40,000 bases of DNA from Colwellia sp. 12G3 (GCF_002836775.1 NZ_PJAQ01000043.1:21350-61349), one strand, 5' to 3'; positions 23,739-34,729 are shown, counted from the first letter of the stretch. A program made the numbers and translations. Notes: a model not told the origin generated them from the sequence alone.

Positions 23739-24860
23739 ATGACAATTCAATCTTTTTTTCCACCACAACGTACTTTGATGGGACCGGGTCCATCAGATGT
23801 TAGTCCTCGTGTTTTATCTGCCTTAGCAAGGCCAACTATAGGGCATCTAGACCCTTGTTTTGTTGCCATGATGGATGAAGTGAAAGAGTTACTGCAATAT
23901 GCATTTCAAACTAAAAACAAGTTCACTATGGCGGTCTCTGCTCCAGGGTCTGCGGGCATGGAAGCATGTTTTGTTAACTTAATCACCCCAAGTGATACCG
24001 TGGTTGTTTGTGTTAACGGTGTATTTGGTATGCGTATGATTGAAAACGTAAAACGTATTGGTGCCAAATTGGTGGCTGTTGAGGGGGAATGGGGTAGAGC
24101 GGTTGATCCCAAAACATTGGAAGCAGCACTTCAAGCAAACCCACAAGCAAACTTTGTTGCCTTTGTTCATGCGGAAACATCAACCGGGGCGTTATCAGAT
24201 GCGAAAACTTTGTGTGCTATCGCCAAGAAACACGGCTGTTTAACAATTGTTGATGCGGTAACTTCCCTTGGTGGTGTTGAACTGCGTGTTGATGAATGGC
24301 AAATTGATGCCGTATATTCGGGTAGTCAAAAGTGTTTATCTTGTGTACCTGGTTTATCACCGGTAAGTTTTAGTGATAAAGCCGCTGAGGTTATTCAAAA
24401 TCGTGGTATTGCGGTGCAAAGTTGGTTTTTGGATCAAACGCTTGTGATGGGCTATTGGTCGGGAGAAGGTAAGCGTAGTTATCATCATACTGCACCGGTT
24501 AACTCTTTATATGCCTTACATGAATCATTAGTGATGTTGCAAAATGAAGGCTTAGAAAATAGCTGGGCTCGACATAAAACCATGCACGAGAAATTAAGTG
24601 TTGGCTTACGTGATTTAGGTTTAGATTTTATTGTGCCCGAAGCTGAACGGTTACCGCAACTTAATGCCGTTTATATTCCAGAAGGTATTGATGATGCAAA
24701 AGTTAGACAGTTTTTACTTAATGAATATAACTTAGAGATTGGTGCAGGTTTAGGTGCTTTCGCAGGCAAAGCATGGCGTATAGGGTTGATGGGCTATGCC
24801 GCAAGAAACGAAAATGTCACCTTGTGCTTGGCTGCATTGAAAGAAGCTTTACAGCAGTAG
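23739..24860 (+). CDS. Class V aminotransferase (alanine-glyoxylate / serine-pyruvate aminotransferase family)
   Basis: N-terminus ..LMGPGPS.V.PRVL, with the PLP-lysine block SGSQKCL. Confidence 0.85.
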   Translation: MTIQSFFPPQRTLMGPGPSDVSPRVLSALARPTIGHLDPCFVAMMDEVKELLQYAFQTKNKFTMAVSAPGSAGMEACFVNLITPSDTVVVCVNGVFGMRMIENVKRIGAKLVAVEGEWGRAVDPKTLEAALQANPQANFVAFVHAETSTGALSDAKTLCAIAKKHGCLTIVDAVTSLGGVELRVDEWQIDAVYSGSQKCLSCVPGLSPVSFSDKAAEVIQNRGIAVQSWFLDQTLVMGYWSGEGKRSYHHTAPVNSLYALHESLVMLQNEGLENSWARHKTMHEKLSVGLRDLGLDFIVPEAERLPQLNAVYIPEGIDDAKVRQFLLNEYNLEIGAGLGAFAGKAWRIGLMGYAARNENVTLCLAALKEALQQ

Positions 24861-24895
24861 TTATTTGCTGAGTTGAAATCGTAAAAGTATAAATA

Positions 24896-24936
24896 AAAGC
24901 CCGCTATTGATGTTTATCAGTAGCGGGCTTTTTTTG
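24896..24936. terminator. Bidirectional rho-independent terminator between convergent genes
   Basis: AAAGCCCGCTA-loop-TAGCGGGCTTT (11-bp stem). It is flanked by an A-run on the left and TTTTT on the right. Confidence 0.85.
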
Positions 24937-24961
24937 CGTTATCAAAGTGTGACTCTGTGGT

Positions 24962-25381
24962 TTACCAAGTGCCACTATTTTCCATACTTAACCATGGCTC
25001 TTGTGGCGCTAGTGAACCATCTTTTTGTAATAACTCGATTGCGATACCATCAGGTGAATTAACAAAGGCCATATGACCACAGCGAGGCGGTCTGTTTATG
25101 ATAACGCCAGCGTCTTGGAGTTTTTGACAGGTGTGATAAATGTTATCAACTTCAAACGCTAAGTGACCGAAGCTGCGCCCAGCAGAGTAATCTTCAGTTG
25201 AACCCCAGTTGTGAGTGAGTTCAACTTCAGGACCACCTATTTCAGTCGCTAAGTAAACTAAGGTGAATCTTCCAGCAGGTACTTCACTACGTCGTGTTTC
25301 TATTAAGCCAAGTTTATTGATATAAAAATCTAATGATTGGGCTAAATCACGTACACGTACCATGGTATGTAAAAACTTCAT
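24962..25381 (-). CDS. gloA: Lactoylglutathione lyase (glyoxalase I, VOC family)
   Basis: MKFLHTMVRVRDL..SLDFY...LG..., ..ELTHNWG.. and GHLAF.V resemble E. coli GloA (recalled). Confidence 0.8.
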   Translation of the reverse strand: MKFLHTMVRVRDLAQSLDFYINKLGLIETRRSEVPAGRFTLVYLATEIGGPEVELTHNWGSTEDYSAGRSFGHLAFEVDNIYHTCQKLQDAGVIINRPPRCGHMAFVNSPDGIAIELLQKDGSLAPQEPWLSMENSGTW

Positions 25382-25448
25382 AAAGCTCTCTTTTTGTTAG
25401 CGTAGTTATTGGGGAATATTAAGTTTAAATTTATTAGCTTTATAAGTA

Positions 25449-27563
25449 TTAGCATTTCAGTCGACTTAGCTCCACTTCAATCTGTTCAACAATCCCTTTA
25501 GAATGAGCGCTGTTTTCTTGTAATTTACGCCCTAATTCAGCTAAGCCTGTACTACTATCGGAAACGGAGACTAATCGAATATTTATATCCTCTGCTACAT
25601 GGCTTTGCTCTTCGGCTGCAGTAGCGACCTGCTCAGTACTTTCGCTCATCACTTTGATGCTTTCCATTGTTTGTGAAAGACGCTCAAAGCTGATACTTGT
25701 TTTATCGACAGTACTTGTAATCGAGTCTTTGTTTGCAGCCAGTGTTTCAACGGCTTTATTGACATCGATTTGTAAATTTCCGATTAAATTACTGATATCT
25801 TGAGTCGATGTTTGAGTTCTAGCGGCTAAGTTCCTAACCTCGTCAGCAACAACGGCGAAACCTCGACCTTGCTCTCCTGCTCTCGCTGCCTCAATGGCAG
25901 CATTTAATGCCAGTAAGTTGGTTTGATCTGCAATGGACCGAATTGTTTCAACAATACCGGTTATATCAGAACTATGGGCAGCAACTTGTGATATTTGTTC
26001 ACTCGTTAATGCTATGTTTTTTTCAAGAAGCTGCACGTTTTGTACACTACCCTCTAAGATATCCTGAGTTTCTTGTAGAAGGGCATTGGCATGTTTTCCA
26101 CCATTGGCAGTTTCTACGGCAAGCTTTGCAACTTCACTTGAGGCAGCCGCCATCTCGGTCATTGCAGTGGCTATACTGTCTAAATTAATTTGTTGCGCTT
26201 GAGTATCACTTTCAACGTCATGAGCAATATTTTCTAATTCCCCAAACTTACTCGCTAGCTCATTGGAGAAAACTTTAGATGAGCCAATCATTTCAGCCAA
26301 CTTATTAATAAATTTATTAAAACCATTAGCCAAGAGTATTAATTCTTCATGACTTTCAACCTTTACTTTTTGAGTTAGGTCACCTTCACGGTCTGCTAAC
26401 TCTTGAATTGCAGAAGAAAGTAGTTTTATAGGCGAAGTTATCGACTTAGCAAGCCAAATAGCAAAGAATAATGCGGCTAGTAAGAACAATAGAGAAAAGA
26501 ATAGAAGCTCAGTGAGTGCATTATTATAGGACTCATTCGCTTTTTCTGTCATTTTTAAGACTGAAGCTAATGCTATTTTTTCAGGAACAGAAACAAGCAG
26601 TGTCCAAGTCACATTTGCTTCACTGATAAAGACAGGTACTTTAACATGCCAGTCAGAGTCAGAGATAATTGAGTTGTTAGAATTGCTCAATAGGGTTGAA
26701 AATTTCGGGTTTACATCACTGGCTTTTTTAGATAATTTTTCAGGGTAACTACTTGAAGCAATTAGTAAATTCTTTTGACTGAATAAACTGATGGATGCAT
26801 TACCATCAAATAATAATTTAGACTGTTCAGTGATCCACTTTTGTACGACAGGTAAATTAATATCAACACCGACCATTCCTTTAAATTGGTTTGATACAAT
26901 CACTGGCGCAGATAGTGTCGTCATTAACTCTTTACGACCAGGCTCTATTTCATACAAGTAGGGATCAAGCGCGCAAGGCTTTAGGGAATCTTTACTGCAT
27001 AAGTAAAACTCAGCGGTACGAATACCATTATCGTCTTTTGTACTAATATATTTATCTTCTGCATTGTCTGTAGGGTAAAATACGGCTTGCCCATTCTCCT
27101 TGATCCAATAGATTTCTAAGGAGCCTGTTGGCGTTGAGTGTTGTGGAAAATCAACAAAGGTACTATCAAGACCATCGTAACCGTCTGCTTCAAACTGAGC
27201 GTAAAGCGAACTGATAGTAGGCGTTGCATCTAACGTGAAACGACTTAAGCTTTTTACTACATCTCTACTGAAAGGTGTACTTGGGTAGGCTGTTTTAGAT
27301 AAGGTTTCAGCTAAAATTAGCGCGGGTGAAAAACTTTGTTTAAGTAGTTTGCTAATGCGTTCACCGGACAATTTTCCTGCGTCATTCATGGATTCAAGTA
27401 CAGAGTTTTGCAATAATTTTTTAGTCGACAATATTTGCTCATGAGATAATGATGATAAAGTACGCGCGGTTAGCACGCCAAAACCAATAGCACAGAGCAA
27501 AACAATACTAACAAATAATAAAGTAACTTTCTTTTGAATGGAGTGTCGTTTATTTAACAGCAT
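25449..27563 (-). CDS. Methyl-accepting chemotaxis protein with a periplasmic Cache-type sensor and HAMP domain
   Basis: TM1, a periplasmic domain of about 300 aa, TM2 and HAMP. The highly conserved MCP signalling hairpin is present: [36 protein letters not shown]. Confidence 0.9.
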   Translation of the reverse strand: MLLNKRHSIQKKVTLLFVSIVLLCAIGFGVLTARTLSSLSHEQILSTKKLLQNSVLESMNDAGKLSGERISKLLKQSFSPALILAETLSKTAYPSTPFSRDVVKSLSRFTLDATPTISSLYAQFEADGYDGLDSTFVDFPQHSTPTGSLEIYWIKENGQAVFYPTDNAEDKYISTKDDNGIRTAEFYLCSKDSLKPCALDPYLYEIEPGRKELMTTLSAPVIVSNQFKGMVGVDINLPVVQKWITEQSKLLFDGNASISLFSQKNLLIASSSYPEKLSKKASDVNPKFSTLLSNSNNSIISDSDWHVKVPVFISEANVTWTLLVSVPEKIALASVLKMTEKANESYNNALTELLFFSLLFLLAALFFAIWLAKSITSPIKLLSSAIQELADREGDLTQKVKVESHEELILLANGFNKFINKLAEMIGSSKVFSNELASKFGELENIAHDVESDTQAQQINLDSIATAMTEMAAASSEVAKLAVETANGGKHANALLQETQDILEGSVQNVQLLEKNIALTSEQISQVAAHSSDITGIVETIRSIADQTNLLALNAAIEAARAGEQGRGFAVVADEVRNLAARTQTSTQDISNLIGNLQIDVNKAVETLAANKDSITSTVDKTSISFERLSQTMESIKVMSESTEQVATAAEEQSHVAEDINIRLVSVSDSSTGLAELGRKLQENSAHSKGIVEQIEVELSRLKC

Positions 27564-27823
27564 GCTGAAGAGTCCTTTTTATATAGTTAAACATCTATCG
27601 GTATCTTATTAATAAATTTAAGACTTTAGCATAGACAATGAAATTATAGATATTAAAAATACTTTTAGATAACTTAACAATACCAATAGAGTTGTCACGT
27701 TTGGTAACGTTTTATTAATAACTTAGTGGGGTAAGATACAGTCTACTATATTGATGCAATATTTGCTTTTTTAGTGCTATTCCAACCCTTGATTTTTAAA
27801 ATTAATCAGCTGATTTTATCTTA

Positions 27824-28483
27824 TTAGTCTTCTTTTGAAGCGTATTCACATAAATCTTCAATGATACAAGAGCCACATTTGGGTTTCTTTGCAGTACATG
27901 TGTAACGGCCATGCAATATGAACCAATGGTGCAAGTTAAACATAAACTCTGTTTTTCGAGGTGTTAGTTTTATTATATTTGCTTCAACGTGGTCAACCGT
28001 TTTACCGGGTGCATATTTTGTTCGGTTAGCAAGTCTATATATATGGGTATCTACCGCTAAAAAATAATTACCTTCATTATCCTTTAACCAACCAAAAGCT
28101 GTGTTTAACACGACGTTAGCTGTTTTACGTCCTACACCCGGCAATGCTTCTAATGCCGCTCTATTTTCGGGTACTTCACCACCATGTAAATCAACTAACA
28201 TTTGACACGTTTTAATGGTATTCACTGCTTTGGTATTGAATAAGCCAATCGTCTTGATATATCCTTTTAATCCATCAAGTCCTAGGTTCAAAATTGCTTG
28301 CGGTGTATTGGCTACTGGATAGAGTTTATCAGTGGCTTTGTTAACACCAACATCAGTAGCTTGCGCTGATAATAAGACGGCAATGAGTAATTCAAAGGGG
28401 CTAGAGTAGTTTAGCTCAGTAACTGGATTAGGGTTTTCATCGCGAAGCCGCGTTAACATTTTTATGCGTTTTTCTTTATTCAT
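27824..28483 (-). CDS. nth: Endonuclease III
   Basis: Colinear with E. coli Nth, including the HhH-GPD block LPGVGRKTANVVLNTAFG and the C-terminal 4Fe-4S cluster CTAKKPKCGSCIIEDLC. Sits downstream of rnfE as in E. coli. Confidence 0.92.
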   Translation of the reverse strand: MNKEKRIKMLTRLRDENPNPVTELNYSSPFELLIAVLLSAQATDVGVNKATDKLYPVANTPQAILNLGLDGLKGYIKTIGLFNTKAVNTIKTCQMLVDLHGGEVPENRAALEALPGVGRKTANVVLNTAFGWLKDNEGNYFLAVDTHIYRLANRTKYAPGKTVDHVEANIIKLTPRKTEFMFNLHHWFILHGRYTCTAKKPKCGSCIIEDLCEYASKED

Positions 28484-28570
28484 GGCTCTACTCTTCTATC
28501 GCTTATCAGGTGTAAAGTGTCAGATGGAGCGGGACGTTTGCTGGCATAATTAACCATTAATTACGTTATC

Positions 28571-28615
28571 ATTAAGCCTATTATCGATAAAAATGTTATC
28601 GATAATAGGCTTAAT
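28571..28615. repeat. Perfect 20-bp-stem palindrome in the rnfE-nth spacer
   Basis: ATTAAGCCTATTATCGATAA-aaatg-TTATCGATAATAGGCTTAAT. Each arm contains the self-palindromic 10-mer TTATCGATAA. No adjacent U-tract on either strand. Confidence 0.8.
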
Positions 28616-28632
28616 AGTAGCAATATTGGCGG

Positions 28633-29427
28633 TTAAGAGTCGAAGTTAACACGTACTCTTTCAATAACTTGCTCAGTATCGACCACTTTTCTGGCTTTTA
28701 AATAGTTATCAATAGCATTTTTAAGGGCAATTAAAATACCCATCGCAATAAAGGCTCCCGGTGGTAAAATAGCTAATAAGAATTGGCTATCAAGTTGCAT
28801 TACTTCAACGCGAAGTACGCTTGCCCATTCACCAAATAATAAATTGGCACCATCAAAAAGTGTCCCTTGTCCGAGTATTTCTCTTATTGCGCCTAACAAA
28901 AGTAAGATAATGGCGAAACCAAGTCCCATCATTAATCCATCGAAGGCTGATTGTTTAACAGGGTTTTTTGATGCGTAAGCTTCAGCCCTGCCTATAATGG
29001 CGCAGTTAGTCACGATTAATGGCAGGAAAATACCTAAAGATTGATAAATACCATAAGCAAAGGCATTCATCAGCAATTGTACACAGGTTACAAAGGCGGC
29101 AATGATTAAAACAAAGATAGGTATACGAATTTCTTTAGGAACCCAATGACGGATTGCTGATACGGTAATATTCGAGCAAATAAGTACCAGCATTGTCGCT
29201 AAGCCAAGACCTAAGGCGTTAGTAACGGTTGAAGTTACGGCCAGTAAGGGGCATAAGCCAAGTAACTGTACTAAACCGGGATTGTTTTTCCATAACCCTT
29301 GTACAGCTAATTCTTTATATTCTGCCTTACGTTCAGCTTTATGGGCTGCGGCAGCTATCGCCAAATCATTAGCGTTGTCAGCAATATCAGTTTCATCACT
29401 GTTTTGTGGTGCTATTTCATTGCTCAT
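28633..29427 (-). CDS. rnfE: Rnf electron transport complex subunit E
   Basis: [23 protein letters not shown] and polytopic TM helices. It has an N-terminal extension of about 33 aa relative to E. coli RsxE (recalled). Confidence 0.9.
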   Translation of the reverse strand: MSNEIAPQNSDETDIADNANDLAIAAAAHKAERKAEYKELAVQGLWKNNPGLVQLLGLCPLLAVTSTVTNALGLGLATMLVLICSNITVSAIRHWVPKEIRIPIFVLIIAAFVTCVQLLMNAFAYGIYQSLGIFLPLIVTNCAIIGRAEAYASKNPVKQSAFDGLMMGLGFAIILLLLGAIREILGQGTLFDGANLLFGEWASVLRVEVMQLDSQFLLAILPPGAFIAMGILIALKNAIDNYLKARKVVDTEQVIERVRVNFDS

Positions 29428-30220
29428 TAGCAGCCTCGTTAATTGGGTGTGTCTTTGTAGATGCTAGTGTTGATGTAAAAGCGGTTTCGACACAAGCATT
29501 AGGGCGAGCTAATAATCTCGCTTTATTCTCAGTAAAGTAATTCAGTGTGCTTTTAACGCCTTTTACTACCGCTCGTGGTGTAATGGTTGCGCCGGTAAAT
29601 TGATCAAACATACCGTTATCTTTGCTTACCGCCCAACGACTATCATCTTCTGATAGCATTCGTTTTCCGGTAAAGCTGGTTATCCAGTCACTTTTTCTAA
29701 TTTCAATTTTGTCACCTAGACCAGGTGTTTCTTGATGCTTAAGTACTCGAACCCCGTTAACACTGCCATCAATGTTGATAGCCATAATAAAGTCTATATT
29801 ACCATTGTAACCACTTGGCGAGGTACTGGTCATAGCAACGGCAACTACTTGGCCAGACTTTCTAGCGATATAGGCTGTTTTCACTTTATTTGAGCCCAGC
29901 TCTGGTGCACTCATCATTATACAATCATTAGCAATGTCGTTGTCGTAACGACTCGGTTCAATAATGCTATGCAATGTTCTTAATAACTGCTGCTGTTCTT
30001 GAATTTTTATTCGGTCTTTAGTGAGTTCACTGACTAGGCTAACGGCCAAAGTACAAGCAATGGCAAAGAGCGCAAGAATTTTGGTGTTTTTAGAAACAGC
30101 AATAGTCAGTGGCGACTTTACCGCTTTATCTTCGCCATTGTTATTATTACTTTCACCACTAATATCGTCATTTTTTTCAATATGAATATCTTGTTCAGCG
30201 TCAATTTTATCAGACATCAC
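29417..30220 (-). CDS. rnfG: Rnf complex subunit G (FMN-binding)
   Basis: ETPGLGDKI and ..[13 protein letters not shown].. (FMN attachment Thr region). The GTGATG start overlaps the rnfD stop. Acidic N-terminal extension of about 40 aa. Confidence 0.85.
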   Translation of the reverse strand: MMSDKIDAEQDIHIEKNDDISGESNNNNGEDKAVKSPLTIAVSKNTKILALFAIACTLAVSLVSELTKDRIKIQEQQQLLRTLHSIIEPSRYDNDIANDCIMMSAPELGSNKVKTAYIARKSGQVVAVAMTSTSPSGYNGNIDFIMAINIDGSVNGVRVLKHQETPGLGDKIEIRKSDWITSFTGKRMLSEDDSRWAVSKDNGMFDQFTGATITPRAVVKGVKSTLNYFTENKARLLARPNACVETAFTSTLASTKTHPINEAANEQ

Positions 30221-31278
30221 TTATCCCCCTTTAGGTGACCATAGGTTCTTGGGCGAGTGTATTGATCTATTAGCGGCGCAGACATGTTACAGAGTAAAAT
30301 AGCAAAAGCGACACCATCAGGGAAACCACCTGAAGTACGGATTAAGTAAACTAGTAAGCCAGCCAGTAAGCCTACAATGATACGACCTTTATTGCTGGTA
30401 GCTCCAGTTACTGGGTCTGTTAGAATAAAAAATGCCCCTAGCATAGTCGCACCAGAAAACCAGTGGAACATAGTTGAAGCGCTACTATCTGGACTGAGGC
30501 TATAGCTAATAAAAGAGCAGATAAACAAGCTTATTAGAAAACTAATAGGTGTTTGCCAAGCAATGGCTTTTTTGGCAATGAGAAATAGACCGCCTAATAA
30601 AAATCCAGCATTTACCCACTCCCAACCTAAAGCAAAGTTATCTCCAAAAACGGGATTCTTAATACTTTCCAATACCGTTAAACCTAAGCCTGTGTTGGTT
30701 TTTAGGGTATCAAGCGGTGTTGCCATAGTAAAACCGTCAATACTGGTGCGTACTTGCTCTACTGAGTAACCCTCCACGGTAAAGCCGGTTAAAATAGTTG
30801 TTAACGTATTAGTAAAGTTTAGATCAACAGCAACTAACGTGAGTGGTGGTTGCCACAGTGTCATTTGCAAAGGGAAAGATACTAATAACACGACATACCC
30901 AGCCATTGCTGGGTTAAATGGGTTATGACCAAGACCACCATAAAGTTGCTTAACAATGACAATAGCAAACATTGTTCCAATAACTGAAATCCACCAAGGC
31001 GCTAATGCCGGTAAACAAATGCCGATTAATAAGGCGGTTAATAAAGCACTGCCATCAAATAATTCATGCGATATTGGCTTTTTACGTAGAGACAGTACCG
31101 TAAACTCACAAATAAGCGCCGTTGCCATCGCTAGGCCTATATGAATTAAATTACCCCAACCAAAAAAGTACCACTGGGCAATAACGCCGGGTAGGGTTGC
31201 GTACATCACCAAACGCATTAAGTTAGGTGTTTTTGTGTGGTTATGGTTATGTGGTGAACTTGCTATCCAAAATGCCAT
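30217..31278 (-). CDS. rnfD: Rnf complex subunit D
   Basis: Polytopic protein with an SSPH N-terminus, a DGFTMATPLD block and DPVT..T near the C-terminus. Operon position supports the call. Confidence 0.9.
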   Translation of the reverse strand: MAFWIASSPHNHNHTKTPNLMRLVMYATLPGVIAQWYFFGWGNLIHIGLAMATALICEFTVLSLRKKPISHELFDGSALLTALLIGICLPALAPWWISVIGTMFAIVIVKQLYGGLGHNPFNPAMAGYVVLLVSFPLQMTLWQPPLTLVAVDLNFTNTLTTILTGFTVEGYSVEQVRTSIDGFTMATPLDTLKTNTGLGLTVLESIKNPVFGDNFALGWEWVNAGFLLGGLFLIAKKAIAWQTPISFLISLFICSFISYSLSPDSSASTMFHWFSGATMLGAFFILTDPVTGATSNKGRIIVGLLAGLLVYLIRTSGGFPDGVAFAILLCNMSAPLIDQYTRPRTYGHLKGDK

Positions 31279-31349
31279 TATTTATGTCGACTCGTCGGGT
31301 TGTTTCGAGGATAAATTTCTATTCGAGTTTGTTTATATTCGCTCATTTT

Positions 31350-33374
31350 TTACACGCTATCTTGGTCGTTATTTGCAAAAGAAGTGGCTTCTTTTAATTT
31401 CTTTTTAGCCTTTGCTTTAGCTACAGCGGCGGCAATTTTTGCTTTTTTATCATCTGAACTTGCTATTTTTTCAGACACCATATTTTCGGGGGCTTGAACC
31501 GTATTAGAGGATTCAGCAGACTTACTGAGTTTCTTTGCTTTAGCTTTGGCAATAGCCGCAGCTATTTTGGCTTTTTTATCATCTACAGTCGGTTGTTCAG
31601 TTGGAGCTACTTTATCTGCCTCGACCTCTGACTTTGTACTAACAATACCACTGTCGAGAGAAAGTTTATTGACTGCTTCTTCTTTAAGTTTTTTCTTCGC
31701 CTTAGCTCTTGCTATAGCCGCGGATACTTGAGATTTCTGGTCATCCGCGCTATCTGTAGGTAAATCACCTTGAGGATCAGGAACATTTGTTTGGGCTTGA
31801 TCCTTTGATGCTTTTTTAGCTTTTACACGCGCTAACGCAGCAGCAACCGCTGATTTAGCGCCCGTTGCTTCAGGTGTTGCCTTATTCATGGCAGCTTTAC
31901 GCGCCGCAGCTGCTTTTTTGTGTTTTTCTTGTCGAGCAATTTTCTCTTTTTCTAAGCGTAATTTACGCGCTTCAAAACGAATTTTGGCTTTTTCTGCTTT
32001 TAAATCTAATTGTTGCTGTTCACGTATTTCAGCTTTAGCAATACGATAGTAATGCACCAGAGGAATTTGGCTTGGGCAAACATAAGCGCAGGCGCCGCAA
32101 TCAATACAATCACTTAAATTAAGTTTTTTTAATTGTGCATGATCTTTAGCTTTTGCACTCCATTGCAATTCTTGTGGCAGTAATTGACTAGGACATACAT
32201 CGCTACATTGACCACAACGAATACATTCAACTTCTTTACTTTCTTTTTCAAAAGCACTCGGCATTTCAACTTTACTGGGTACTAAAATGCAGTTACTGGT
32301 TTTAACAATAGGTACAAGCTCACTAGAGACACTAAAGCCCATCATTGGGCCACCCATAATTACCGGCTGCTTTTCATTTTCAATATTTTGCACACTACAT
32401 TGTTCAAGCAAGAAATTTATCGGCGTGCCGAGTAATGCCCAAACATTTTGTGGTTTATTTAAAGCCTGTCCTGTTACCGTAACAACACGGCGAATAAGAG
32501 GAATGTCATGTCTAACCGCTTCATTAATTGCAAAACAAGTCGCAACGTTTTGCATGACAATACCAGCATGAATAGGCAGCTGGCCTGAGGTAACCTCTTG
32601 ACCAGTTAGAATTTGAATCAGCTGCTTTTCCCCACCTGTAGGGTACTTAGTCGGTACGACACAAACTTTTATTTTCTCAATGCTAGTGGTAGCTTGTTGT
32701 AGTGCCTTAATTGCTTTAGGTTTATTATCTTCAATAGCAATTAGAATAAAAGCAGGGTTTAACAGTTTATCAAGAATTTTGATGCCATCGACAATAGCGT
32801 TACTTTGTTCCATCATTAACAAGTCATCAGCAGTGATATAAGGCTCACATTCTGCGCCGTTGATAATAAGGAAGTTAATATCGGGTTTGCTGTTTACTTT
32901 GATATGGGTTGGAAAACCTGCGCCGCCCATGCCCGCGATACCGGCATCAGCAATTTTTTCAATTATTTCATGGTTAGATAGTTGTTCTATATCGTAACAA
33001 ACGTTTCTTTTACGCCAAGCGTCTTCGCCATCAACATCGAGGAATATACATAATTGGTTTAAACCTGAAGGGTGAGCAATAACCGACATTTTAATGTCAC
33101 TGATAGTTCCACTCGTTGGTGCATGGACCGGAACAACCATAGGGTTAGTACTTAGCGTTAGGGCTTGCCCTTTTAATACATGTTCGCCGATAGTAACCAG
33201 TAAATCACCTTCACGACCAATATGCTGTTGTAGGGGGATAATTAACTGCTTTGGTAAAGCAAGCTGCTTAATAGGCTTGTTTGAAGTGAGAAACTTTTGT
33301 TCAGGGGGATGAATGCCGCCATGAAAATCCCAAAAATGGCCACGCGTGATACGCTCTATTACTGATTCCACCAT
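31350..33374 (-). CDS. rnfC: Rnf complex subunit C with a repetitive Lys/Ala-rich C-terminal tail
   Basis: GGIHP N-terminus, GAGFPTH, and two 4Fe-4S ferredoxin motifs CIRCGQCSDVCP and CIDCGACAYVCP. The C-terminal 200 aa or so are low complexity with (K)AKIAAAIAKAKAKKKL repeats. Confidence 0.9.
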   Translation of the reverse strand: MVESVIERITRGHFWDFHGGIHPPEQKFLTSNKPIKQLALPKQLIIPLQQHIGREGDLLVTIGEHVLKGQALTLSTNPMVVPVHAPTSGTISDIKMSVIAHPSGLNQLCIFLDVDGEDAWRKRNVCYDIEQLSNHEIIEKIADAGIAGMGGAGFPTHIKVNSKPDINFLIINGAECEPYITADDLLMMEQSNAIVDGIKILDKLLNPAFILIAIEDNKPKAIKALQQATTSIEKIKVCVVPTKYPTGGEKQLIQILTGQEVTSGQLPIHAGIVMQNVATCFAINEAVRHDIPLIRRVVTVTGQALNKPQNVWALLGTPINFLLEQCSVQNIENEKQPVIMGGPMMGFSVSSELVPIVKTSNCILVPSKVEMPSAFEKESKEVECIRCGQCSDVCPSQLLPQELQWSAKAKDHAQLKKLNLSDCIDCGACAYVCPSQIPLVHYYRIAKAEIREQQQLDLKAEKAKIRFEARKLRLEKEKIARQEKHKKAAAARKAAMNKATPEATGAKSAVAAALARVKAKKASKDQAQTNVPDPQGDLPTDSADDQKSQVSAAIARAKAKKKLKEEAVNKLSLDSGIVSTKSEVEADKVAPTEQPTVDDKKAKIAAAIAKAKAKKLSKSAESSNTVQAPENMVSEKIASSDDKKAKIAAAVAKAKAKKKLKEATSFANNDQDSV

Positions 33375-33380
33375 ACTCTC

Positions 33381-33950
33381 CTAATCCAGTTGTTTTACTG
33401 GAATACTGGTTAAATCCCATTGCCAATTATGAATAGTCTCTGGCAACTCACGCATTTCAATACAATCTACTGGGCAAGGTGCAACACATAAATCACACCC
33501 GGTACACTCATCTATGATAATGGTATGCATTTGCTTTGCGGCACCAATAATGGCGTCAACAGGGCAAGCCTGAATACACTTTGTACAGCCGATACAATCT
33601 TCTTCAATAACAAAGGCTACTTTGGGGCGATTACTTTGTGCGATATCACCTTTAACGTGACTTTCATCAAGTGGTTGAACTTCAACCCCCATTAAGTCAG
33701 CTATTTTTTTAATCGTGTCTTCGCCGCCTGGCGCACATTTATTGATTGCTTCACCATCGGCAACTGCTTGCGCGTAAGGTTTGCAACCGGGGTAACCACA
33801 TTGACCACATTGTGTTTGAGGAAGTAGAGCATCAAGTTGTTCGACAATTGGATCTGCATCTACTTTAAAGCGGACTGAAGCAAAACCGAGTAAAGCACCA
33901 AATATGGCAGCAATGCTGCCTAATACAAGGATGGCAAGAAGGATGTTCAT
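33381..33950 (-). CDS. rnfB: Rnf complex subunit B
   Basis: N-terminal TM helix, CGQCGYPGC, and [16 protein letters not shown] / [16 protein letters not shown]. Confidence 0.9.
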   Translation of the reverse strand: MNILLAILVLGSIAAIFGALLGFASVRFKVDADPIVEQLDALLPQTQCGQCGYPGCKPYAQAVADGEAINKCAPGGEDTIKKIADLMGVEVQPLDESHVKGDIAQSNRPKVAFVIEEDCIGCTKCIQACPVDAIIGAAKQMHTIIIDECTGCDLCVAPCPVDCIEMRELPETIHNWQWDLTSIPVKQLD

Positions 33951-33951
33951 G

Positions 33952-34533
33952 TTAAATTTTCACCAAACCGGTAAAACCAAGGAAAGCTAATGACATTAAA
34001 CCCGCGGTAATCATTGCGATAGCAGTACCTTTAAATGGTGTTGGTACATCGGCATTTGCTAGTTTCTCACGCATGGCAGAAAACATCACTAATACTAAAG
34101 AAAAGCCTAATGCGGCACCAAAACCGTAAATAATGGATTCGAAAAAACCATGCTGTAATCTTAAATTGAGTAAGGCAACACCCAACACAGCACAATTTGT
34201 CGTGATTAGTGGTAAAAAAATGCCTAATAATCGGTAAAGGCTAGCGCTGGTTTTATGAACAACCATCTCAGTAAACTGCACAACAACAGCAATTACCAAA
34301 ATAAAACTCATCGTGGTTAGATATTCAAGGTTGAGCGGCACAAGTAGATAGGTGGTAACTAAATAGCTCAAAAGAGAGGCTAATGTCATCACGAAAACTG
34401 TGGCGAATGACATACCTATAGCGGTTTCAGTACGTGAAGAAACCCCCATGAATGGACATAGGCCAAGGAATTGTACTAAAACAAAATTGTTTACGAGTAC
34501 AGTGCCAACGAGTAGTAACAGATAGTCAGTCAT
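33952..34533 (-). CDS. rnfA: Rnf complex subunit A
   Basis: [18 protein letters not shown] and ..TNCAVLG.. are typical of RnfA. It is the first gene of the operon. Confidence 0.92.
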   Translation of the reverse strand: MTDYLLLLVGTVLVNNFVLVQFLGLCPFMGVSSRTETAIGMSFATVFVMTLASLLSYLVTTYLLVPLNLEYLTTMSFILVIAVVVQFTEMVVHKTSASLYRLLGIFLPLITTNCAVLGVALLNLRLQHGFFESIIYGFGAALGFSLVLVMFSAMREKLANADVPTPFKGTAIAMITAGLMSLAFLGFTGLVKI

Positions 34534-34670
34534 TTACTTTAAGGGTCATTAGGTAATTTATAATTATGCCGCTATTATCCGTGTTTTTAGTTTATTTAAC
34601 AACACACCAGCAGTAGGGGTATTACGCTTTTATTCGTTTTCTTTATTTTGAAATAACAAATGGGGACTCT

Positions 34671-34704
34671 GAAAAAAAGCCGAATGCGTTTAACACATTC
34701 GGCT
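34671..34704 (-). terminator. Rho-independent terminator after the GGDEF/EAL gene
   Basis: The minus strand reads AGCCGAATG-9 nt loop-CATTCGGCT followed by TTTTTTT. It lies 26 nt downstream of the stop codon. Confidence 0.8.
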
Positions 34705-34729
34705 TCTACGGTATTAACTATAAAAACAA

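Noticed and set aside
27803-27814. The 12-bp palindrome AATCAGCTGATT just downstream of nth, considered as a terminator
   Set aside because: There is no loop, the stem is AT-rich and very short, and the flanking U-run is interrupted. The evidence is insufficient to call a terminator.
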